Source of the DNA: Gemmatimonadales bacterium UBA2982
GTDB lineage: Bacteria; Gemmatimonadota; Gemmatimonadetes; Longimicrobiales; Gaopeijiaceae
Length of the DNA stretch: 64,000 nucleotides
NCBI GenBank assembly: GCA_002347035.1
Contig: DEAM01000027.1
Coordinates: 23,881-87,880, forward strand
Direction of reading: 5' to 3'
In this document: positions 9,157-17,385 of the stretch, one piece after another
Layout of the letters: each line of letters begins with the position of its first letter
How positions within the stretch are numbered: position 1 is the stretch's first letter
The notes under the pieces: generated by a model
Databases searched by the model: none
What the model was told of the DNA's origin: nothing
Seen by the model: the letters and a program-made list of their open reading frames with translations, nothing else
Position numbers and translations under genes: made by a program

Positions 9157-11673
9157 TTATTCTAGAAGATCTAGCTCCTGTTGATCATCACTCATTGTAG
9201 TGACTGGATCTCGGGCAGGCACACCCCCTCGGCCCTGGGCCCTGGTGACCTCTACAACGCGATCACCTGCGTCTACATCTGTCATTTGTTTGCCTTGCGT
9301 GCGCCTTCCCTGGACGGGCACTGAATCCGCCGCCACTCGAGTCACCTTCCCTCTAGCGGTCACGATCATGACCTCATCTGCTTCCAAGACCTCAAGTGCA
9401 CTGACAACGGGTGCGGCTCCCTCACCGCTCGGCACGGCCATTGTGCCCAACCCACCACGCTTTTGGAGAGGGAAATCCATGACCGTGGTCCGTTTGCCGA
9501 GCCCGTCCTCACTAACGGTAAGCACAGTCGAGTCTCGTCTGATCAGCAGCATCCCCACGACTTCATCATCCCCCCTTAGCTCCATGCCCCTGACCCCCTG
9601 AGCAGCGCGGCCCACTACACTAACTTCCTCCTCGGGAAACCGGATCGCTCTCCCGCCACGTGATAAAAGCATGATTTCCGCAGAACCATCCGACACCACA
9701 ACATCAAGGATTTCGTCCCCTTTTCTCACGCCAGCCCCCTTAATTCCTCCCACTCTGGGATGGCTAAATTCACCGAGGTCTGTGCGCTTGATCACCCCTT
9801 TTCTGGATAGAAACACTAAGAAGCGACCCTTGGTTTCCAGGTCATCCACTGGAATCATTGCAATGATTCTGTCTCTGCGTTCGGCGCCATCGATCAAGGC
9901 ATAAACGGACTGCCCACGGGAAGCACGAGCACTTTCGGGCACGTCGAGCACCTGCAGGAAATGACAGTGCCCACTCTCTGTGAGTACCAGGATCCACCCC
10001 TGTGAGCGGGCCACAAATATTCTCTCTAGATAGTCGTCCTCGTACCGCTCCATTCCAGCTAAAGCCTTCCCAGATCCTATGCGTCTTTGATAAAGGTGCA
10101 TGGGAATGCGCTTTACAAACCCTTGATGGGAGAGTGTGACCACTACGTCTTCATCGGCAACCTGGCCTTCGAGTAATGGTGCTTCGACCTCAGGCTCGTT
10201 CTCTTGGACAAGGATGGTCCGACGATCATCCCCAAATCTTTTCACGACATCAGCCAACTCGTCGAGCATGATCTGAAGCTGTAGCTCCTCAGAATCCAGA
10301 ACCTCGCGAAGCTCTGCGATCATGCCCTGAAGCTCCTCTAGACGGACGCGAAGCTGAGATCTCTCAAGTGCGGTGAGTCTCGCGAGCCGCATATTTAGAA
10401 TGGCATCTGCCTGTATCTCGCTCAGGCCGAATTGATCCTGAAGGCGACTAGAAGCTTCTTTTCGGTCCTTAGATGCCCTAATGATGTCAATGACTTCAGC
10501 GATGTGCTCGAGGGCTGCAAGAAGTCCTTCAACGATATGACGCTCAGCTTCCGCCTTCTCTAGATCGTGGCGGCTTCGATGTCGGATCACCTCAAGTCGG
10601 TGATCTCGGAACTGCTCGAGCAGCTGCTTGAGGTCAAAGTCGCGCGGCTGCCCACCGTCTAAGGCCAGGAGGTGCGCGCCGAACGTCGTTTGCAGGCTAG
10701 TTCCGCGGTAGAGAAGCTCGAGGACGTTAGCTGCATCTGCTCCTCGCTTTAGCTCAATTACGAGGCGCATGCCGTCACGGTCTGTTTCATCACGTATGTC
10801 GGAAACGTCCTCAGCCCTTCCCTTCTTTGCTAGCCCAGCTATTTGCTCAATGACCTTGGTCTTTGACACGGTGTATGGGAGCTCCGTGACAATAAGTCGT
10901 TCCCGACCCCCTCTCCGTTCTTCTTTCATCACCCGACCACGCATAACAACCCTACCCCTACCCTGTCGGTACATCTTCTCGATCCCGTCGCGGCCAATTA
11001 CAAAGCCACCGGTAGGGAAGTCGGGACCAGAAATATGCCTCATGAGATCGTTGACCGTACAGTCAGGGTCTACGACTAACTGCCGCACCCCTGCAGCCAC
11101 TTCTTGCAGATTGTGGGGGGGGATATTTGTACTCATCCCAACTGCTATTCCTGAAGAACCGTTAACTAGAAGGTTGGGATACCGAGCAGGCAGTACGATG
11201 GGCTCTTGGCGCTGACCATCAAAGTTGGGTTGAAAGTTGACTGTCTCTTTTTCTATGTCGTCGAGTAGCTCGACTGCAATTGAGCCAAGCCGGGCTTCCG
11301 TATACCTGTAAGCAGCTGCTGGATCTCCATCGATAGAACCAAAGTTCCCTTGCCCGTCCACAAGCGGCATGCGCATCGAAAAGTCTTGTACCATACGCAC
11401 GAGAGCATCGTAGACTGCAGAATCACCATGTGGATGAAACTTGCCTAGGACATCGCCTACAACTGCAGCGCTCTTCTTGTACGGACGGTCTGGATTTAGA
11501 CCCATCTCGTACATTGCATACAGAATGCGCCGGTGCACCGGCTTGAGGCCATCCCGCACATCAGGCAGTGCCCGCTGCACAATGACGCTCATCGAATAGT
11601 CGAGGAAAGACTCTCGCATCTCTTCCTCGAGCAGCCGAGGGAGAATCCGTTCCCGCTTGGAGGCCGTGGTCAT
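9157..11673 (-). CDS. gyrA: type IIA topoisomerase A subunit, most likely DNA gyrase subunit A (ParC not excluded)
   Basis: 838 aa. Contains [61 protein letters not shown] (catalytic Tyr region) and [19 protein letters not shown], plus a beta-pinwheel C-terminal domain. The GyrA-box is degenerate (QRRIGSGK). Confidence 0.85.
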   Translation of the reverse strand: MTTASKRERILPRLLEEEMRESFLDYSMSVIVQRALPDVRDGLKPVHRRILYAMYEMGLNPDRPYKKSAAVVGDVLGKFHPHGDSAVYDALVRMVQDFSMRMPLVDGQGNFGSIDGDPAAAYRYTEARLGSIAVELLDDIEKETVNFQPNFDGQRQEPIVLPARYPNLLVNGSSGIAVGMSTNIPPHNLQEVAAGVRQLVVDPDCTVNDLMRHISGPDFPTGGFVIGRDGIEKMYRQGRGRVVMRGRVMKEERRGGRERLIVTELPYTVSKTKVIEQIAGLAKKGRAEDVSDIRDETDRDGMRLVIELKRGADAANVLELLYRGTSLQTTFGAHLLALDGGQPRDFDLKQLLEQFRDHRLEVIRHRSRHDLEKAEAERHIVEGLLAALEHIAEVIDIIRASKDRKEASSRLQDQFGLSEIQADAILNMRLARLTALERSQLRVRLEELQGMIAELREVLDSEELQLQIMLDELADVVKRFGDDRRTILVQENEPEVEAPLLEGQVADEDVVVTLSHQGFVKRIPMHLYQRRIGSGKALAGMERYEDDYLERIFVARSQGWILVLTESGHCHFLQVLDVPESARASRGQSVYALIDGAERRDRIIAMIPVDDLETKGRFLVFLSRKGVIKRTDLGEFSHPRVGGIKGAGVRKGDEILDVVVSDGSAEIMLLSRGGRAIRFPEEEVSVVGRAAQGVRGMELRGDDEVVGMLLIRRDSTVLTVSEDGLGKRTTVMDFPLQKRGGLGTMAVPSGEGAAPVVSALEVLEADEVMIVTARGKVTRVAADSVPVQGRRTQGKQMTDVDAGDRVVEVTRAQGRGGVPARDPVTTMSDDQQELDLLE

Positions 11674-12009
11674 TCCGTCTCCGTAAACTGTCTTCAGGGG
11701 ATGCCGATTGACTGAGGCACACGGGCAGCGCGTACCCGCGCGCGAAGCTTCTCACCTTACGATATCGGTCGCAAGCTGTGCACTGCCCGAACATGTGGGC
11801 TTGGTAGCCACGCGACGATGAACTTAGCGAGCAAAACCTAAGGATCGGCTGTATTAATCAACTGCAGAAGTAGCGAAGGAAGGGTCCATCGACTCACCTC
11901 CTTTGTTTGCTCCACAAACCAAAAGTGCATAAAAAGAATCGAAGAATTCAATCCAACGGGGAAGGCCTGCTTTAAAAGGAACGCTACGGCGACAAGCTTC
12001 GACGCCAGC

Positions 12010-12519
12010 CTAGTCTGGAAACTGGAATGTCTCTGCTGTTTTGACAGATGAGCGTGCACCAGTTGCTAGCTCTATGACCCCCTCCATCTCCGCAGCCATC
12101 TCGTGGATCCGATTGGCTACAGCTAGACCATAAGCAAAGTCAAAATAAGCTGATACTGCGGCTTCGTCGGCCGCGTGGGTCTCTAGAACAGTGGACTCCA
12201 TTTCAATCCGCAAATAATCAACAATGGTGGACACAGCGCTTTGGACATTTCGCATATCCACAAGTGTGGCAACGGACATATCTCCCTGCAGTAGGGGCAG
12301 GATCTGCTCTACTTGCACCAGATTTTCTGGTGTAGTCATGACGACTGCTGGTGCTGCTGCTACTACTCTTCCGTCCAGTAGTGCACTAGCACCCGCCCTT
12401 AGGGCCTGAAGCTCCTCGTAGCTAAAGTAGAGAACCACAACCTCTCCGTGCCTTGCAGTGTCACTCTTACTTATCGGAGGCTGACCGCTTTTTTGCAAGG
12501 TTAGCTGATAGAAATCCAA
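12010..12519 (-). CDS. hypothetical protein (169 aa)
   Basis: Last ORF of the decarboxylase-CPBP operon, 19 nt after the preceding stop. Protein-like composition, no recognised motif. Confidence 0.6.
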   Translation of the reverse strand: MDFYQLTLQKSGQPPISKSDTARHGEVVVLYFSYEELQALRAGASALLDGRVVAAAPAVVMTTPENLVQVEQILPLLQGDMSVATLVDMRNVQSAVSTIVDYLRIEMESTVLETHAADEAAVSAYFDFAYGLAVANRIHEMAAEMEGVIELATGARSSVKTAETFQFPD

Positions 12520-12538
12520 GCGATTTCCTAGGAGCTAC

Positions 12539-12976
12539 TCAGGCTTGAGCTGAGCCCTCAGACCCGTGAACTGTCAGCGGGATAGATGCCAGATGCTCGC
12601 CATCGACCCGAACATCAAAAGCGTACTGCCCTGGCAGAGGAAAAACCAATCCATCCATATTCAGCACATGGGGTACAAGCACCGCACCACCCGAATCGCT
12701 TGGCCCAGGAGCAAGGTTGATCTCACCGTCGATACGGACCACTTCATTCCCGTCCGGTGCCTTGAGCAAGATACCGACATCATGTCTTCCGACCTCTTGG
12801 ATACCAGCTGAGAACCTCAAGACCAGGCTCAGATGCGGATGCCTTGTCGGGAATGACGCTGTGGTTAATCGATCGAAGATACCTAAAATATTCAGCTTTC
12901 CGGAGCCATCGATAGTAGCCGCGTCGGCTAGCAGGGCGAGGTCTATTTCCACGTCATCACAGATCAGATTCCTCAA
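12539..12976 (-). CDS. hypothetical protein (145 aa; from memory resembles the DUF6941 pattern GKLNILGIFDR...FP..HP)
   Basis: TTG start overlaps the CPBP stop (TTGA at 12973-12976). An alternative GTG lies at 12952. Beta-rich sequence. The family assignment is recollection only. Confidence 0.6.
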   Translation of the reverse strand: MRNLICDDVEIDLALLADAATIDGSGKLNILGIFDRLTTASFPTRHPHLSLVLRFSAGIQEVGRHDVGILLKAPDGNEVVRIDGEINLAPGPSDSGGAVLVPHVLNMDGLVFPLPGQYAFDVRVDGEHLASIPLTVHGSEGSAQA

Positions 12977-13746
12977 GATTGAAGTTCGGGTTGCTCCCGT
13001 CCACCGAGGGAATTGTCAGGTGCCAAAAACTTTTCAGCAAGCACGAGCCCCAATACAACATTGACTAGTGCGTGAGCAACAACGGAAGGCCAGACACTTC
13101 CTGAAGCTATAACTCCAAACGCTAGCAAGCCTCCCACTAGCCCAGCTCGGATCATGCCTAGCCAGCCCTGATAAACATGAGACGCGCCAAATGCCACTGA
13201 CGTGACTAATACTGCACTCCCAAGTCCCACGAGCGGGACCAACATACCAATGGCGTATCCGCGATATGCTATCTCCTCACCAAAACCGGCTGCTGCAGAC
13301 AAGACCACAAATAGCACTTTCTCCTCGCATGTCTGCGGAAACAGCTGGCGCACTGTAGTACTCTCGGTAAATCCAGTCCTCGCAGCAATGTGACGAAAAA
13401 GAAAGACTGTGAAGAGACAGCCAACCGTCAGGCCAAGACTCCATAGGCCCATCAAACTGAGTGGGAGCCAGACGATGGCGATCCCGACCATACCTCCGTT
13501 TCGAACTCCAATCAACCAACACACCAAACCAAGAATCGACAGGAAAACTATCGACATCCAATAGGCCTCGATTCGCTCGATTGCGGATTCACCGATGAGC
13601 TGCGCCTGGACGATCGCTAACGCGGGCAGTCCAACTAAAAGAACCGCCAATAAAATGGTGTCTATCAGTGGCATTCCAGCGACGGTCATGAGCGTCAGGT
13701 GCAGGAAAGAGATCAATGCCAACCCGGCTAGAGTGGATCTGCGCAA
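12973..13746 (-). CDS. CPBP family intramembrane metalloprotease (CAAX protease/Abi family)
   Basis: Polytopic membrane ORF with the three CPBP motifs: GFGEEIAYRGY (EExxxR), FGASHVYQ (FxxxH) and VAHALVNVV (HxxxN). Confidence 0.85.
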   Translation of the reverse strand: MRRSTLAGLALISFLHLTLMTVAGMPLIDTILLAVLLVGLPALAIVQAQLIGESAIERIEAYWMSIVFLSILGLVCWLIGVRNGGMVGIAIVWLPLSLMGLWSLGLTVGCLFTVFLFRHIAARTGFTESTTVRQLFPQTCEEKVLFVVLSAAAGFGEEIAYRGYAIGMLVPLVGLGSAVLVTSVAFGASHVYQGWLGMIRAGLVGGLLAFGVIASGSVWPSVVAHALVNVVLGLVLAEKFLAPDNSLGGREQPELQS

Positions 13747-13771
13747 ATTGAAAGTCTAGGCTGAGCCAATC

Positions 13772-15214
13772 TCAAGCACTGATCTCTTGCTTCCCAAATC
13801 GCTCGATCGCCTGCAGCGTGCCCCTCACGTCCTCCCAGGTAGTGTGGTGGTTGAGGATACAGAATCGAAGAGAATACAGCCCACGAAGGCGTGTGGATGA
13901 CATCATCGCGATCCCGGTCTCAATGATCCGACTTTGGATCGCCCGGTTGGTTTGCTCTATATGTGCTTCGTCATAATTAGACCCCCGAGGGAAGAATCGG
14001 AAACAGACTACCCCAAGTGAGGCCGAGTTTCTGATCTCCAAGACATCGGACCCTCGCACATACTCCTCCGCACGTTCTGCTAAATCAATGCCCTTTGCCA
14101 CTGACTTTCGAAAAGCTTCGACGCCGAAAGTTTGAATTGACATCCAAACCTTTAGTGCCCGAAAGGAGCGGCTGAGCTGCAGGCCTCGATCGCTGAAGTT
14201 TGGGTGATCACCACCCCATCGAGCGTCTTGTAGGTACTCGGGCTCCACGGAAAATGCTTTTTCCAGGAATGCCACATCCTTAACCATCAAGCAGCCCGTC
14301 TCAAACGGCTGGAAAAGCCACTTGTGAGCATCTAAGGAAATGGAATCCGCCCTCTCCATCCCCTTGAGGGCGGCTCTCCCCTTCTCTGTAAGCACGGCAA
14401 AGCCTCCGTATGCAGCATCAACATGCAGCCAGAGCCCTTCGGCCTCGCAGAAATCAGCAATTTCAATCATGGGATCCACTGCACCGGTATTCGTCGCCCC
14501 ACCATTGGCACAAACGGCTATTGGGTTCAGGCCGGCCGCCCTATCCTCAGTTACTGCTTGGCCGAGACCTCGTATATCCATCTGAAATTGCCCATCGCTT
14601 CTAACCATACGCACGTGCTCTCTACGGACTCCAACGATTGTCGCAGCTCTCACAAGAGCTGTGTGGCTTTGATCACTCATGTAAACGGTTGGCCGCTCAG
14701 GCGCGCCTGCCGCCTCTCGGGCGGCTACAAAGGCGTCGATACTCGCTGCCGAACCACCGCTCGTGAACAACCCGCCAGCGGACTCCGGATAGCCGATCCA
14801 ATCCCGAATCCAGTCAAGTACGACAAGCTCAATTTGACTAGGTCCGCTACCTCCAAGCCACGTGCCCTGAAATGTGTTATGGCCAGCACTTAGGAAATCA
14901 GCCAGAACCGCGGGCCAGGTAGAAGAAGAGGGAACAAAAGCAAAAAATCGAGGGTGGTCCACACGACCTGCTATTGGGAGAATCTCACGCGCAGCCCGTT
15001 CAAGAACTTCCACCGCTGGTCGCCCTATTTCTGGAGCGCCTTCTCGGAAGAGCTCTTCGAGTTCGGATCGAGTGCCACCCAACCAAGCTGGCTCGTCTGG
15101 CAACCGTTCAAGACGATCAACTATCAACTCAGCAGCCCGACGGGCGAGAGAAAGCATTTCATCAGTTGACAGTTCTAGTTCACTGCGTCTTTCGCCTTCC
15201 GTAGGCGAGGTCAT
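13772..15214 (-). CDS. PLP-dependent group II amino-acid decarboxylase
   Basis: 480 aa. PLP-lysine motif SISLDAHKWLFQPFETGCL, plus TSGGSAASIDAF and HVDAAYGG. AAGGAAAGGG SD-like sequence upstream of the ATG. Confidence 0.9.
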   Translation of the reverse strand: MTSPTEGERRSELELSTDEMLSLARRAAELIVDRLERLPDEPAWLGGTRSELEELFREGAPEIGRPAVEVLERAAREILPIAGRVDHPRFFAFVPSSSTWPAVLADFLSAGHNTFQGTWLGGSGPSQIELVVLDWIRDWIGYPESAGGLFTSGGSAASIDAFVAAREAAGAPERPTVYMSDQSHTALVRAATIVGVRREHVRMVRSDGQFQMDIRGLGQAVTEDRAAGLNPIAVCANGGATNTGAVDPMIEIADFCEAEGLWLHVDAAYGGFAVLTEKGRAALKGMERADSISLDAHKWLFQPFETGCLMVKDVAFLEKAFSVEPEYLQDARWGGDHPNFSDRGLQLSRSFRALKVWMSIQTFGVEAFRKSVAKGIDLAERAEEYVRGSDVLEIRNSASLGVVCFRFFPRGSNYDEAHIEQTNRAIQSRIIETGIAMMSSTRLRGLYSLRFCILNHHTTWEDVRGTLQAIERFGKQEISA

Positions 15215-15232
15215 CGCGGTACCCTTTCCTTC

Positions 15233-15550
15233 ATGTCTAAAGACAAGACCATTGATAAGGCACTGACGTTCCTTGTCCTAGACGCGATGGACGCCCCCCA
15301 TTCGGGCCGCATTCTACGTCTTCGACTCCAATCGGCAACTAGCACTTCAATCGGATCTCTCAAGGGTTCAGAGATGAAGGCAATCTCGCCTGGGGGGCGT
15401 GAGTGTCGCATTAGAATTGAAGGCTTCGCTCTGTTCGGTGGAAAGCCCAGTGATGAAAGGCTACAGCGAACTGGCCGCCTCGACGTGCATATAGAGGAAC
15501 TAGACGACGGAGGCCCAGTTGGCCTGCGTTGGCAGGTCACACCCGCTTAG
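15233..15550 (+). CDS. hypothetical protein (105 aa)
   Basis: Composition is more protein-like than the overlapping minus-strand ORF (15211-15540), which is S/R/P-rich. There is no SD, and the start is only 18 nt from the divergent decarboxylase start, so it is uncertain. Confidence 0.4.
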   Translation: MSKDKTIDKALTFLVLDAMDAPHSGRILRLRLQSATSTSIGSLKGSEMKAISPGGRECRIRIEGFALFGGKPSDERLQRTGRLDVHIEELDDGGPVGLRWQVTPA

Positions 15551-15553
15551 GTA

Positions 15554-15572
15554 GATCTCTACCAAAGAGATC
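15554..15572. terminator. small hairpin between convergent genes
   Basis: GATCTCT (15554-15560) / AGAGATC (15566-15572) with a 5-nt loop, sitting in the 28-nt gap between stops at 15550 (+) and 15579 (-). Confidence 0.3.
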
Positions 15573-15578
15573 AGGGCC

Positions 15579-16322
15579 TCAGCTAGGTCGCAGACCTGGT
15601 GGCTCACGGCTGAAGGTATCCAGAAACCAGTCGCGATATCGTTCCATCTCGCCTGGATTGGCACGAGCCCACTCAGTCCTGGTCGTTGCAAACTCATCTG
15701 GCCTCGCCGTAAAGATAAAGGGTTCTAATAGTCCTGCTTCATGCGTGTAAGCCAGTTCATCGAGCGGACCGTATGGACTTGTTCCGTATACTGTGCGCCC
15801 AAGGATCCACGCATCGGCGGCCCGACTAAGAATCGCTCGCTCTAGTGCGAATCCGGTCGCATCTGGTGCCTCTGGTAGCCACTCTACTTGGCGACCCATG
15901 GTTACCATAAGGTGAAGGTGACCGTAAATCTGATAAACGAGCTGAGGATCCTGCATACCCATAGGGGTCCTCACCCAGACTGTATCAGCTTCAATACGCA
16001 AGTCATTCCAGGGGTACACATCTCCCACCCCTGGCTCGGACACGACTAGAAAAGAGGGATCCTCGACTATATTTGTCTGCTCTTCATTGACCCACTGGCT
16101 GACCTCAAGCATCCTCTCGTGTTCTACGCGCAGTCGAGCGCCCGAATAGATGACGACCGACCGCGGAGGCGGGATCGTGGCTTCAGAGGCCGCACAAGCA
16201 CCTACGAGAACCAATAGAGCTATAAATCCAATAGGCACAGGTTTTTTTCCGCCATTCGAATGTGCGGGAAGCCCCTCCGACGAAAGCGCGCCTAATGGAT
16301 AAAAAATCGTCAGCCTTGACAC
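15579..16322 (-). CDS. hypothetical lipoprotein (247 aa)
   Basis: Hydrophobic segment ending in the lipobox LVGAC (IGFIALLVLVGACAASEA). GTG start. No catalytic motif recognised. Confidence 0.65.
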   Translation of the reverse strand: MSRLTIFYPLGALSSEGLPAHSNGGKKPVPIGFIALLVLVGACAASEATIPPPRSVVIYSGARLRVEHERMLEVSQWVNEEQTNIVEDPSFLVVSEPGVGDVYPWNDLRIEADTVWVRTPMGMQDPQLVYQIYGHLHLMVTMGRQVEWLPEAPDATGFALERAILSRAADAWILGRTVYGTSPYGPLDELAYTHEAGLLEPFIFTARPDEFATTRTEWARANPGEMERYRDWFLDTFSREPPGLRPS

Positions 16323-16381
16323 TCTGGAGTCCGTGGTCGGAATTGATGTTACAGTAACCGGAAATCTTAGGGAATCTAGTC

Positions 16382-16945
16382 GTGGAAACCACTTTAACTA
16401 ATGACGTGCGCGAGTTTCACGCACCTCGGACAATGACACCTGCCGAGCTTGGCGATAGTCTAGCCCAACTCGTCTGGGAAAGCTTTTCTGATTTCCTTGC
16501 ACAGGGAGATGCTGAAACCCCGCTCCCGAATATAGATGCTCTACATGAGCACGAAGAGCGATGGAATCGCACAGTGGAAGAGACGCTTGTTTTTTTTCTT
16601 TGGGTACATACAAGGGGTGCGCAGCTCGCTTTCATGGGTCGTGCGCCTGACGAGCTAGTTCGAAATGGACTCAACGCTCTTCACCAGGCTGTGTTTGAGG
16701 ACATGCTTGAAAATGGAACACCCAGCAGTCAGCTGCCTATGTTTGAGCAACGGGTGAGCACTCGCTATGCTGAGTACCATCAGGCGGCCGCGGAATCAGA
16801 TGACCGACTGGGACAACTGGTATCCCGATACCTCGTAGGTGACACGAACCGCACTAACCTGATCGAAGCGATCACCGAGCGAGCGGTTGCGGTCGCTAAC
16901 CCGCTCAGGGATTTCCTTGGAGATGTAGAGCTAGTAGAAGCCTAG
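16382..16945 (+). CDS. hypothetical protein (187 aa, predicted helical, cytoplasmic)
   Basis: GTG-start ORF; an alternative ATG gives MTPAELG. The antisense ORFs over it are low-complexity. Confidence 0.6.
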   Translation: METTLTNDVREFHAPRTMTPAELGDSLAQLVWESFSDFLAQGDAETPLPNIDALHEHEERWNRTVEETLVFFLWVHTRGAQLAFMGRAPDELVRNGLNALHQAVFEDMLENGTPSSQLPMFEQRVSTRYAEYHQAAAESDDRLGQLVSRYLVGDTNRTNLIEAITERAVAVANPLRDFLGDVELVEA

Positions 16946-16978
16946 AGAGGCCTTCCCCCTGCTAGAGGGGGCCGTCTC

Positions 16979-17278
16979 TCAAAGTCCAAGCGATGCACGG
17001 ATCAGTGGACTAATGCGATCAGGTGTCCATGGGGGATCAAAGGTAAGCTTAACTTCGGCACCCTCCACACCCTCCACACCCTCAATCGCTGTTTTAGCGT
17101 CTTCAACGATCTGTCCAGCCACAGGGCAAAGCGGTGAAGTGAGAGAGATTGTCGTCTCTACTTTCCCTCCAATAACCTCGATGTCATAGACCAGCCCCAG
17201 TACAACGAGGTCCAAACCCAACTCGGGGTCTTTTACTCCCTTGAGGGCATTACGTACGTCTTTTTCAGTGACTGCCAT
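16979..17278 (-). CDS. DUF59/SufT-like metal-sulfur cluster assembly factor
   Basis: 99 aa with VKDPELGLDLVVLGLVYDIEV and TLTSPLCPVAG, the hallmarks of the MIP18/DUF59 family. Confidence 0.85.
   Translation of the reverse strand: MAVTEKDVRNALKGVKDPELGLDLVVLGLVYDIEVIGGKVETTISLTSPLCPVAGQIVEDAKTAIEGVEGVEGAEVKLTFDPPWTPDRISPLIRASLGL
17057..17083 (-). repeat. in-frame 9-nt tandem repeat x3 inside the DUF59 gene
   Basis: Plus strand reads ggcaccctc cacaccctc cacaccctc. This encodes EGV-EGV-EGA on the minus strand. Confidence 0.9.
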
Positions 17279-17342
17279 CCGGTTCAGCTCCGATTAGATC
17301 GACTAGCGTCATATTGTGGTGCAAACGACTGCTGGCACCGTG

Positions 17343-17378
17343 ATTCCCCTCCGGTTGCTATCAGCGTTTCCGGGGAAT
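17343..17378 (-). terminator. hairpin downstream of the HupE/UreJ gene
   Basis: ATTCCCC (17343-17349) / GGGGAAT (17372-17378) with inner CCGG/CCGG pairing, 8 nt past the stop at 17386. No U-tract. Confidence 0.3.
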
Positions 17379-17385
17379 GCACGGC

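Noticed and set aside
11115-11122. G8 homopolymer inside gyrA (similar T8/A8 runs at about 16591, 33476 and 53470) as possible slippage or frameshift sites
   Set aside because: All are read through in frame and encode sensible residues (PP, FF, KK) within conserved motifs. There is no evidence of frameshifting.
11838-12059. 73-aa ORF in the long gap upstream of gyrA
   Set aside because: It overlaps the 3' end of the 169-aa gene, has odd composition (MHFWFVEQTK...) and has no RBS. The AT-richer 335-nt region is more simply the gyrA promoter/5' UTR.
15211-15540. 109-aa minus-strand ORF overlapping the 105-aa plus-strand ORF
   Set aside because: The translation (PTGPPSSSSSICTSRRPVRCSLSS...) is low-complexity, and it would overlap the decarboxylase start. 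The plus-strand frame is more protein-like, though itself uncertain.
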